From Cyanobacteria bacterium P01_D01_bin.156 (GTDB lineage Bacteria; Cyanobacteriota; Cyanobacteriia; Phormidesmidales; Phormidesmidaceae), in assembly GCA_039024555.1 (NCBI GenBank), contig JBCCQQ010000042.1, positions 1 through 56,420 of the forward strand: a stretch of 56,420 bases of DNA, read 5' to 3'. Both the position numbers and the translations under genes were made by a program. Under the pieces are notes generated by a model, which saw only the letters and a program-made list of their open reading frames with translations, did not search any database and had not been told where the DNA came from. Shown piece by piece: positions 1-8,967 of the stretch (its first letter is position 1; every line of letters begins with the position of its first letter).

Positions 1-1
1 C

Positions 2-658
2 AGTCAAACACCACGGGGTACACTGCGGGTGACAGCACCTAGTGTGTTTGCACAAAAGCAGCTAATACCACTGTTGCCAGAATTTGCTAGGCGATATCCG
101 GAACTACGGGTGGAGTTACTTTTAGTAGATGCTTACTTGGATTTAATTGCTGAGCGGATCGATGTAGCAATTCGAGTAGGGGCACTGCAGGATAGTGCCT
201 ATCGGTTACAAAAGCTGCGCTCGATGGAGTTTTTTATTTGTGCAGGGACAGGGTACTTACAACAACATGAGGTGCCTGAGCAACCTGAGGAGATTATTGA
301 CCATAACTGTTTATTGTTTCCTCGTCGCAATCACTGCCTGAGCTGGTTATTTAAAAACAAAATTGGACAGGTAACGGAAGTCCCCATCCAGGGGCAATAT
401 TTGATTACCGATTCAGCGGCAATTCGAGACTGTGCGCTGGCAAATATGGGTATCACCCTACTACCGGATTGGCTGATTGAAAAAGATATTGCTACGGGTC
501 AATTAGTTCGATTATTTAGTGATTACACAGTCACTGCCACAGATTTTAATAGTGCAGTCTGGTTACTCTATCCCTCCCAGATGTTTATTTCCAGAAAAAC
601 TCAGATATGGATAAACTATCTAGTCGAGAATTTGGCCAGAGAGCATGTCATTCTCTAG
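2..658 (+). CDS. LysR-family regulator, substrate-binding domain (5' truncated by window edge)
   Basis: Frame is open from base 2 (SQTPRGTLRVTAP); 'LDLIAERIDVAIRVG' and 'GITLLPDW' are CrgA-like LysR motifs; the HTH lies outside the window. Confidence 0.9.
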   Translation, partial: SQTPRGTLRVTAPSVFAQKQLIPLLPEFARRYPELRVELLLVDAYLDLIAERIDVAIRVGALQDSAYRLQKLRSMEFFICAGTGYLQQHEVPEQPEEIIDHNCLLFPRRNHCLSWLFKNKIGQVTEVPIQGQYLITDSAAIRDCALANMGITLLPDWLIEKDIATGQLVRLFSDYTVTATDFNSAVWLLYPSQMFISRKTQIWINYLVENLAREHVIL

Positions 659-970
659 TGGAATGAGATTCAGAAAAGCTTGCATTGAGGGGCCGTTTGG
701 CAAGCAACCTAATCAGTGACGGTCCAGTAGCGCATAGAGCACTCAAACAGCCTAGGCAAAGTTGGGCATGGCTAATATTCAGCATCACTTGAGCTGTCAA
801 ACTCTTTGCCTTAGAAAATTTTACAGTTTGTTTTTGACTTTAAATCAACAATTGCTAAGGGCTTGTTAACAATTAGAGCCCTGGCTTTGTGCATTTGAAT
901 CATGGCTAAACAAGCTTTTCGGGCTTAAGCTGTGACGTCGTTTCTTAACAGTTCCCAAGGACACCTGCGA

Positions 971-1147
971 TTAGGGATTTTTAGGCTCTTTGCTCGTATT
1001 AACAACTGATTTTTGAGGTTCTAAAACCTCTAGGTAGTCGGCTAATCTGGTCCATTCTTTCGCAGCTCTAGCATTGCCACTGTCGGCGGCAAATCTCAAT
1101 GCATCAATGATGATGCGTTTTTGACTCTCAGTTACGATGTATTCCAT
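971..1147 (-). CDS. Small hypothetical protein (58 aa from ATG at 1147)
   Basis: MEYIVTESQKRIIIDALRFAADSGNARAAKEWTRLADYLE looks like amphipathic helices; no family recognised. Confidence 0.5.
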   Translation of the reverse strand: MEYIVTESQKRIIIDALRFAADSGNARAAKEWTRLADYLEVLEPQKSVVNTSKEPKNP

Positions 1148-1831
1148 GGTTGATAATGAATAGTTAATGCGTGGCTGTTTAGGGATGTCTAGTAGCCCCA
1201 AACGGCTACGCTAACTTTCAGGGTTACGGGACAACTAAGTGTCTAACGAACTACAGGAGCGTATTGTTATCGTTGGCACAATTTGGCAAACGTGATTTAT
1301 TTTTTTCAAGATTTTTAGGTTCTTGAAAGAAGATGTAAGCCTGCATTAGTCTATGGGATTGTTCTGCGATCGCACTGATGCTACTAACGTCAAATTTGGA
1401 TAACTCCCCTGTCATTGTAGCTATTTAAGCTGCTTGCATATCCACCTCGTCCAGACGAGAAAATGTCCGTAACCCTTTATCATTCGCCTGAATACGTTCG
1501 GTTCCTGTAGTGTTTTATGGCACTCATGTTAGTATCTATTCTCTCTGGATCCTGTTCTAATTCATTTTCTAATTGAGAGTTGCTTTTAAATGTTGTAAAT
1601 CTTTATGCACCATCATAGCCAAGACCAATTTTCTTGCCAATAGAGAGTCGACGACAATACTGATGAAGCCAACGTGATTTATGGGAAGGATACACGTTAT
1701 TTGTTGCTTACAAGAACACGGGTGATGTGTAAGACAATTTGTCTACTGGTTGGCAGTAATAGATGTTCCGCTGTAAGAAGCATCATTTTAGCTAACCTGA
1801 CACTGTCTATGTGTTCGTAAATCCAATATTA

Positions 1832-1860
1832 AAAGCAGCAGCGGTAACCGCTGCTGCTTT
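1832..1860. terminator. Intrinsic terminator downstream of the HtrA gene (possibly bidirectional)
   Basis: aaagcagcagcgg-taa-ccgctgctgcttt, 13-bp stem with A/T flanks. Confidence 0.75.
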
Positions 1861-1933
1861 AATGAGACAAACCAGTGAGTACTGCTAGCTAACTGTTGGA
1901 TAGATTTTGTCCACCCTCAGTCAGCAGTGGCAT

Positions 1934-3145
1934 TTAGCGAGTTGCCTCCTGCAATTCTGCCGGACGTACCGTTACCGTTTGATTCTGATTGCCCCGTAGT
2001 ACTTCAAACCGTAACCCTTGACCAATTTTGCTACCTTCAACAATTTCCTGTAGCTGCTCTGCTGTAGTTACCGCATCGCTACCAATTTTTACAATCACAT
2101 CACCACGTCGCAGCCCCCCTTTCGCTGCAGGGCTATCGGGTACCACCTGCATAATCAGTACACCGTCTGTTTCTGGCACCGTTAGTAGTGAGTTGGGATC
2201 GCTGTTAATCTCCTTGGCCTGATCTTCTGTTAGATTAACCATTTGGATACCAATATATGGATGGGGCACCCGCTTACCATCAGCTAAGAAGGTTTGGATT
2301 TCTTTAGCTTTATTAATGGGAATTGCAAAGCCAATACCTTCTGCGTCGGCGCGGATAGCTGTATTTATGCCGATTACTTCGCCTTGATCGTTGACTAAGG
2401 GACCACCAGAATTACCTGGGTTAATGGCTGCATCAGTTTGTACAAAGTCCAGCCGTTTGTCAGGAATACCAACTTGGGAGCTAGACCGGTTTAGGGTGCT
2501 GATGATACCTAGGGTGACGGTGTTGTCTAGACCTAGGGGGTTGCCGACTGCGATCGCCCAGTCGCCTACCTGTAGCTGGCTGGAATCTCCTTCGGGAGCT
2601 ACTGGTAAATTGTCGCCTTTAATTTTGACTACGGCTAGATCAGAGGGTTCGTCTGTTCCTCGAACCTCACCGTCAAAGGTGCGACCATCCCGTAAGGTAA
2701 CGGTTACTTTATCGGCACCGCTGACCACATGGGCATTGGTGAGTACTAGACCACTGCCATCTACGATAAAGCCAGATCCCTGTCCTTGCTGACGAAACTC
2801 CTGGGGTAACCGGGGAAATGCGTCGTCTCCAAAGAACCCACGAAAAAACGGATCGTCAAAGAATGGATCCCGTGTTTGCCTAGCGACTGTACGCTCTGTA
2901 TCCACACGAACTACGGCGGGACCCACTCGATCAACCGCCGCTGCAACAAAATTGTGGGGGGTGTCTGGAATTCTAGAGGCTTGTACTAGCTGGGCTGTGG
3001 GTGGACTTACGTCTGCCACACTGGGGGGAATGATCCACTGAGAAAATAATCTTAGGGACGATAGGGTTAAGGCTACGCTTAGAACGATCACTAGTGCGTA
3101 GTTGCGGATCTGACGCATGGGCCGGGCTCTCATTTCAATCGACAA
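1934..3145 (-). CDS. hhoA: HtrA/DegP-family serine protease with one PDZ domain (HhoA-like)
   Basis: GSGFI, TNAHVV, DLAVVKI, TDAAINPGNSGGPL catalytic motifs; N-terminal TM; C-terminal PDZ; true start may be ATG 3133 or 3118. Confidence 0.92.
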   Translation of the reverse strand: MSIEMRARPMRQIRNYALVIVLSVALTLSSLRLFSQWIIPPSVADVSPPTAQLVQASRIPDTPHNFVAAAVDRVGPAVVRVDTERTVARQTRDPFFDDPFFRGFFGDDAFPRLPQEFRQQGQGSGFIVDGSGLVLTNAHVVSGADKVTVTLRDGRTFDGEVRGTDEPSDLAVVKIKGDNLPVAPEGDSSQLQVGDWAIAVGNPLGLDNTVTLGIISTLNRSSSQVGIPDKRLDFVQTDAAINPGNSGGPLVNDQGEVIGINTAIRADAEGIGFAIPINKAKEIQTFLADGKRVPHPYIGIQMVNLTEDQAKEINSDPNSLLTVPETDGVLIMQVVPDSPAAKGGLRRGDVIVKIGSDAVTTAEQLQEIVEGSKIGQGLRFEVLRGNQNQTVTVRPAELQEATR

Positions 3146-3647
3146 ACGGTTTATTCTTTATTTCCTAGCTTGCACGGTTCTAAAAAAAATGAACAGTTGT
3201 GAGAACCCTACAAAATAGGTAGAAATGTCTGTAAATTACCTCTTGCCAAAGCTTTGATTGATAAACTCTCTGACATCCAATTTGAAGATGATGTTCAAAG
3301 ATTTATTGAGAAGAACAAGGTTATTGTCCTAACAAAATCAGAAATGCCAAACTGCGTAAACTTCATGATTTTCTAAAACAAAAAGAGTTAGAACAAACTT
3401 AAGGTGGTTTAACAAGAACGATTACACCTGGAGGTGATGTTTTATGGTTATGCGAAGAAAATATTAAAGAGATTTAACCAACATCCTAACAGTTTGTTAG
3501 TGCTTGGGATTATTGGTGCATAGAGTGTGTGGTTGCTCAGGGCTTGCCCCCCTGAAACCCCCTTGTTCGTGGGGAACTCAACTTCCCCACACCCCTCGCA
3601 AAAGAGAGTAATTGGCCACAACTATAACAATTGATTTAGGTGCCCGG

Positions 3648-3682
3648 TAGGGGGTTACGCTGCTCCGCGTTCGCTCCACACC
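3648..3682 (+). repeat. Short dispersed repeat, copy A
   Basis: tagggggttacgctgctccgcgttcgctccacacc matches the reverse complement of about 11980-12015. Confidence 0.6.
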
Positions 3683-3698
3683 GTAAAAGAGAAATTAT

Positions 3699-3732
3699 CC
3701 CTTTCCAAGAAGAGGTTTCCTCTTGGAAAGGG
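3699..3732. repeat. Inverted repeat / possible terminator
   Basis: ccctttccaaga-N10-tcttggaaaggg, 12-bp stem. Confidence 0.55.
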
Positions 3733-4022
3733 TATGTATCCATAGAAAGATTGGACCCTTGATTTAAAGGAAATCAAACATCAATGGAATGACCCTGTTT
3801 AGAATTTTAAGCTCAGTCGCACAAAATTCTGAACCGCTTCAACGATACATCCCAACCCATTTCGCAATAATCTGTACCCCTCTAATCCGCTGGGTCCTAG
3901 GGCGGAAACCGCCGCCCTAGTCATGGGAAACTCCATTATGCCTAGATAGGATAGCTTGGTTATTTCCACAAAGGGAATTCGAAGGTACCCCAAGCAGCAG
4001 GTTTTGCAACTAACCAATACCC

Positions 4023-5153
4023 CTAAGCCACCATGGCAACATCCGTTGCCAAAACCTCAGCATAAAACTTCTGCAACTGCTGAGTTGCTCCACGCCAACC
4101 CCAGCGTTCCGCCTCAATTCTGGCATTGCGTCGCAGTAGCTCGATCTCTGTCCGAGCTGCTAACAATCGCTGTGTTGCCTTGATTGCACCCTCATCATCG
4201 TGGGGGTCAAATAAGAACCCGTTGGTCCCATCTGTAACAATGTCAGGAATACCACCTGCATTGGCCGCCACTGTAGGACAACCCGCTGCCATCGCTTCTA
4301 ATAGCACCAAACCCAACGTTTCAGTACGAGATGGGAAAATAAACGCATCCGCCGACGCATAGGCCGATGCTAACTCCTCACCACCGAGATAACCCACAAA
4401 ATTAGTAGCTGTACCGGCAAAATGTTCCTCTAGTTCTTCCCGATAAGGACCATCGCCCACTAGCGCCAGCCGCGCATCCGGAATGGCTTCTAAAATTGGC
4501 TTAATGCGATCGACTTCTTTTTCTGCTGACAGACGACCCACGTACAACAACAATGGTGCATCGGGATGGCCTTCACTCAAACGCTCGCGCATTTCACGGC
4601 TGGCCAAGCTAGGTCTAAACAGGTCCGTATCCACACCCCGCTGCCATACCTTTACATTTTCAATGCCGTGCTCCGTCAGCTCATCCTGCATGGCTGTGGA
4701 GGTACATAGATTAATGCGGGCATTGTTATGTACTGCCTTGAGCAGCTCCCACAGCATGCCTTCAAACATGCCAAATCCGTAATGCTCTAGATACTTAGGC
4801 AAGTGCGTATGATAAGACGCCACTAGGGGAATCTCTAGGGCTTTGGCGTAATACACTCCGGCTAAACCTAGCACTGCTGGGTTTACCACATGGATCAAAT
4901 CCGGATTAAAAGCTTCAATCCCTTCCCCAATGGAGGGTCGGGGCAATGCCAGCTTGAGCTCTGGATATAGCGGCATGGGAAACCCTGATACCCCTTCAAC
5001 TTTGGCACCTTTATATTCTGTAAGGCCCCCTTCCGGGCAAAACACGCAAACGTCATCACCCAGGGCCTGTAGCTGTTCGATGGTATGCTTGAGGCGAGTT
5101 ACGATGCCGTCAACTTTAGGTAAAAAGGTTTCAGTAAACAGAGCAATGCGCAT
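4023..5153 (-). CDS. sqdX: Sulfolipid sulfoquinovosyltransferase (GT4)
   Basis: MRIALFTETFLPKVDGIVTRL N-terminus, ETLGLVLLEAMAAG GT4 motif, adjacent to sqdB; start moved to ATG 5153. Confidence 0.93.
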   Translation of the reverse strand: MRIALFTETFLPKVDGIVTRLKHTIEQLQALGDDVCVFCPEGGLTEYKGAKVEGVSGFPMPLYPELKLALPRPSIGEGIEAFNPDLIHVVNPAVLGLAGVYYAKALEIPLVASYHTHLPKYLEHYGFGMFEGMLWELLKAVHNNARINLCTSTAMQDELTEHGIENVKVWQRGVDTDLFRPSLASREMRERLSEGHPDAPLLLYVGRLSAEKEVDRIKPILEAIPDARLALVGDGPYREELEEHFAGTATNFVGYLGGEELASAYASADAFIFPSRTETLGLVLLEAMAAGCPTVAANAGGIPDIVTDGTNGFLFDPHDDEGAIKATQRLLAARTEIELLRRNARIEAERWGWRGATQQLQKFYAEVLATDVAMVA

Positions 5154-5270
5154 ACGGTTAGCAGGGGTTGAACAAAGGTGTATCAAAAAATACGTAACTG
5201 TTGATCATTCAAGCGTGAAACTGTCCCAGGCTCAAGTCCCCATGGACAGTTTTTGGGGTAGCTGATAACC

Positions 5271-5321
5271 AAAAAACAGGAAGTAAGGTCAGCAGAACCA
5301 CCCACTGAATCTTACTTCCTG
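5271..5321 (-). terminator. Stem-loop with U-tract between sqdB and sqdX
   Basis: caggaagtaag...cttacttcctg stem followed on the minus strand by T6. Confidence 0.6.
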
Positions 5322-5334
5322 CGATCTGATAATG

Positions 5335-5378
5335 AAGTCCGAAGCTAGAATTCAGAATTCCAAACTCCGACTTCCAAA
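5335..5378. repeat. Degenerate heptameric STRR-like repeats
   Basis: aagtccg aagctag aattcag ... actccga cttccaa; similar to 44487-44545. Confidence 0.45.
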
Positions 5379-6578
5379 CTAGCTAGCGGGAATGGGGGTG
5401 GGCTTAGCCGCTGCCTGCTTAGTCCACTTAGATGTACAAACAATCTTGGACGTATCGCAACGACCGACGTACTTCTTAGCGATTTCTGTGACTTCTAGCA
5501 TTAGACCCTTGTCTAACTGGGTAGGCTGTAGACCCATATCCAAGAAGCACTGGTTATCTACCACGAGTTCGTTTTCAGGAGCCTCATTACGGGGGTTCTC
5601 CATGTACTGGATTTCAGCTCCGGTAATGTCTGCCACAATGCGAGCTAGATCGCGTACTCGGTGAGTTTCGGTCATCTGGTTTAGAATCTTCACCCGATCG
5701 CCCTTTTCAGGGGGATTGTCGATGGCCAGTTCCACACAGCGAACAGTGTCCTGAATGTGGATGAAGGCACGGGTTTGACCACCGGTACCGTGAACGGTCA
5801 GGGGATGACCAATAGCTGCTTGCATCAGGAAGCGGTTTAGAACCGTACCGTAGTCACCATCGTAGTCAAAACGGTTGATCAACCGCTCATCCATGGCAGT
5901 TTCGCGGGTGTTCGTTCCCCATACAATGCCCTGGTGTAGGTCAGTGACCCGTACCTGGTCGTTCTTGTTGTAGTAAGCAAAGAATAACTGGTCCTGGGTC
6001 TTGGTCATGTGGTAAATGCTGCCAGGATTTGCAGGGTGCAGAATCTGCTTTTCGATCACCTTGCCGGTATCAGTTACCACCTGGATATCTAGGTAACCTT
6101 CAGGAATTTTCATTCCAGCGGTACCGTAGCCATACACACCCATGGTGCCTAAGTGCACAACGTGGATATCTAGCTCGGAATCAACAATTGCACAAAGTAC
6201 GTTATTGGTACCGTTGAGGTTGTTGTCAACGGTGTAACGCTTGTGCTTAGGCGACTTCATGGAATAGGGCGCAGCCCGCTGTTCAGCGAAATGAACGATC
6301 ACGTCGGGGGCGTAGTCGCAAATTAGGTGAAAGAGTCTGTCATACTCTTGGGCGATATCCAGATTATGAAACTCGATGGTTTTGCCACTGACTTCTTGCC
6401 ATGTTGCCAATCGATTAGACATGGAGCTAATGGGCGTCAGGGAACCGATTTCTAGCTCGTTGTCAATGTTGCGTCGGGACAGGTTATCAACAATGGCAAC
6501 CTCATGACCTGCGTTTGATAGATGCAGTGCAGTGGGCCAGCCGCAAAAGCCATCTCCACCCAATACGATTACTTTCAT
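5379..6578 (-). CDS. sqdB: UDP-sulfoquinovose synthase
   Basis: GGDGFCGWP, HFAEQRAAPYSM, HLGTMGVYG, YHMTK, TDLHQGIVWG motifs. Confidence 0.96.
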   Translation of the reverse strand: MKVIVLGGDGFCGWPTALHLSNAGHEVAIVDNLSRRNIDNELEIGSLTPISSMSNRLATWQEVSGKTIEFHNLDIAQEYDRLFHLICDYAPDVIVHFAEQRAAPYSMKSPKHKRYTVDNNLNGTNNVLCAIVDSELDIHVVHLGTMGVYGYGTAGMKIPEGYLDIQVVTDTGKVIEKQILHPANPGSIYHMTKTQDQLFFAYYNKNDQVRVTDLHQGIVWGTNTRETAMDERLINRFDYDGDYGTVLNRFLMQAAIGHPLTVHGTGGQTRAFIHIQDTVRCVELAIDNPPEKGDRVKILNQMTETHRVRDLARIVADITGAEIQYMENPRNEAPENELVVDNQCFLDMGLQPTQLDKGLMLEVTEIAKKYVGRCDTSKIVCTSKWTKQAAAKPTPIPAS

Positions 6579-6902
6579 CGTCAGCGCTTAAGCCTCCTTC
6601 ATGATTAGCAAGAATTATACAGAATATGGGTATAAATTCGTTACATCTTGATGGAGAGCACCCTTAGACAGCCCCCGGTTTGAGTATTTGGTAAGCCTTG
6701 TTACGGTTATTGGGAAAACCGTTGATGCAATTGTTCCAGGGAGTTATGGGGACAGAAATAAGCCTCAGGCAAACAGTATTCTACATTCTCTGTTAGAAAA
6801 AAAATGAGTCGGGATGATTCAGGGTCCGATTGCCTATTTTCTATTCTTCATTATTTCCTGGCTTGAGTGGCTCTCCCTTTTCCATTGTGCTTAGGGTTTC
6901 TC

Positions 6903-8051
6903 CTAAAGACCTGCCAACTTAAGCAGCCAAATTTGAGTTTCCTGGCGATTGTCAAAGTTATTGTCACTGACGAGCAGCAGGCTTTGGCTACCGTCTTTGA
7001 AGCGCGGTCCGAGAGTCATGGCTTCTAAGTTATCTGGGTTGAGGGGGGTAAGGTCTGCCACCAGCTGCTTGCGAATGGGGGTAAGGGTGCTGATGTCGCC
7101 CTGGAAGGTGTCGATGGCACTAGTATCGGTGGCGACACCGGTGGCCAGCTGGTACAGCTTTACTGACAGTCCCTGAAGGCCATAGGCTCGTTCTAGGGCT
7201 AAAAAGTGCCCGCCGACATCAATGGATAAAATTTCTGATAAACCGTTGATTACGGCTCCGAGCGGGGCTTCATCCATGGGATACCAGTGTTCGGAAATTA
7301 GGGTGGACTGGCCTGTCCCTGCGGCTGCATCAATTAGGTAGTGGAGCCAGCGATTTTTGAATGGGATATCTGGATCTAGATCTAGGTCTTGATAGAGCGG
7401 GCCTTCGGTGGCGGCAAATATTCTAAAGGGTTCGTAGGGACCGCCAGGGGCGCTGATGGTCAGAGCTTCAAAGCCGATATTCTCTTGAATCCCCTGAGTT
7501 TGATCAGCCTTAGCAGTGGAGTCAGTGGTTTCGCCAAACAGATAGCGGTCTGGTAATCGTAATGTATTTTTTAGCTGACCAGTGGCGAGGTCAAATTCCT
7601 GTAGCTTGGGGGGAATCTGCTGTTTAAAGGAGCCTTCACTGGAAATGATTAAGGTGTTGCTGGGGGTGAGGACCAGACCTTCTGCATCTAGAGGTGCGAT
7701 CGCATCTCCATTTTCATCCTTTAGTAACGTGACCGCTTTGATGGTGACATCGTTGATGGCGTCGGGGCTTAAGTCCAGAGTTAGGGTGTAAAAACGGGGC
7801 TGGGTCCGATCGTCCGAGAGGGCATAGTACTGGTTTTGGTTGCGATCGTAGGCAATGGCCGAGAGTCCGCCAACCTCAGTGCCATCAAAGGACTCCATTG
7901 GCAGCACCACATGGTCCATAGGCTCCACCGATAAATCTAAAAACAGACGCTCCTCTGCGCTTACCTGGGGAATGGCGCAGCTACTGAGCAGGCTGATTAG
8001 AACAATACTGAAAATACTTGTCAGCCACTGTTTGAGCGTTTTTTTACCCAT
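6903..8051 (-). CDS. Esterase-like activity of phytase family lipoprotein (beta-propeller)
   Basis: Lipobox LSSC; VGGLSAIAYD, YALSDD, DAEGL, ISSEG, DNLEAM, VSDNNF motifs; start moved to ATG 8051. Confidence 0.85.
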   Translation of the reverse strand: MGKKTLKQWLTSIFSIVLISLLSSCAIPQVSAEERLFLDLSVEPMDHVVLPMESFDGTEVGGLSAIAYDRNQNQYYALSDDRTQPRFYTLTLDLSPDAINDVTIKAVTLLKDENGDAIAPLDAEGLVLTPSNTLIISSEGSFKQQIPPKLQEFDLATGQLKNTLRLPDRYLFGETTDSTAKADQTQGIQENIGFEALTISAPGGPYEPFRIFAATEGPLYQDLDLDPDIPFKNRWLHYLIDAAAGTGQSTLISEHWYPMDEAPLGAVINGLSEILSIDVGGHFLALERAYGLQGLSVKLYQLATGVATDTSAIDTFQGDISTLTPIRKQLVADLTPLNPDNLEAMTLGPRFKDGSQSLLLVSDNNFDNRQETQIWLLKLAGL

Positions 8052-8345
8052 ATCGGACCATCTACCACCGCAACCATTATCCACAGGGTAACTTAGTAAA
8101 TCCTTTAAGCAAGCTCAAAAACCGTATATCAGACGCTAACGGGTTTAAATTCGGGACCCATGGCATTCTTAAGGGATGGCGCAGTTGGCCCTAACGTCAT
8201 ACCTCCGAGGGAACTTAGTGAAGGTACAGACTTTCACAACTAAAATCATCTCAGGGAGTAGCAACACTACAAATTTTTTCCTCTTTCTAAGCCTAGACTC
8301 AGTTTTATTTGTTCACCTATAACTAGAAACAAGACAGTTTTAACA

Positions 8346-8957
8346 ATGCTAATTCAACATCTTAGTAAAGCCACCATCGCTCTCCTAGCGGGTTTAACTC
8401 TGGCCACCGCATGTAGTGCAACAGAGTCGACCAGCACCACTAATGAGACTCAGGGCACTAGTGTTGCCGTTGCGGCTGATCCATGTGCCGGAGCTGATCC
8501 CTGTGCTGCCAGTGTGGACGTGGCAGCAGAAACTGTGGCAGCAGAAACTGTGGCAGAAACCACTCCGGTAGAGACCATTCGCTACTTTGTTGATGGCAAC
8601 AATCTTGCTATTCGAGGCACCGACCCAGTGGCTTACTTTACTGAAGGCAGACCAGTCACCGGTAGTGCTGAATTTACCTATACTTGGAACAATGCCACTT
8701 GGCAATTTGCCAGTGCTGAAAATCGAGACTCGTTTACGGCTAATCCAGAGGCCTACGCCCCCCAGTATGGAGGTTTCTGTGCCTGGGCAGTCAGTCAAGG
8801 ATATACGGCATCCATCGATCCCAATGCGTGGAAGATTGTCGATGGCAAACTGTACCTGAATTACAGCAACAGCGTGCAGCGAAACTGGGAGCGCGATATT
8901 CCCGGCCACATTAGCAAAGCCGATGCAAACTGGCCCGGTGTTTTAACCGGTTCCTAA
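8346..8957 (+). CDS. YHS-domain lipoprotein
   Basis: Lipobox LATAC; AIRGTDPVAYF, WQFASAENRDSF, YAPQYGGFCAWAV, WKIVDGKLYLNY. Confidence 0.88.
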   Translation: MLIQHLSKATIALLAGLTLATACSATESTSTTNETQGTSVAVAADPCAGADPCAASVDVAAETVAAETVAETTPVETIRYFVDGNNLAIRGTDPVAYFTEGRPVTGSAEFTYTWNNATWQFASAENRDSFTANPEAYAPQYGGFCAWAVSQGYTASIDPNAWKIVDGKLYLNYSNSVQRNWERDIPGHISKADANWPGVLTGS

Positions 8958-8967
8958 TTATTTTGTG

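Noticed and set aside
3203..3522. AT-rich short frames upstream of the HtrA gene, including one after GGAGGTG at about 3430
   Set aside because: The frames are under 60 aa, lack a well-spaced start and show no recognisable similarity
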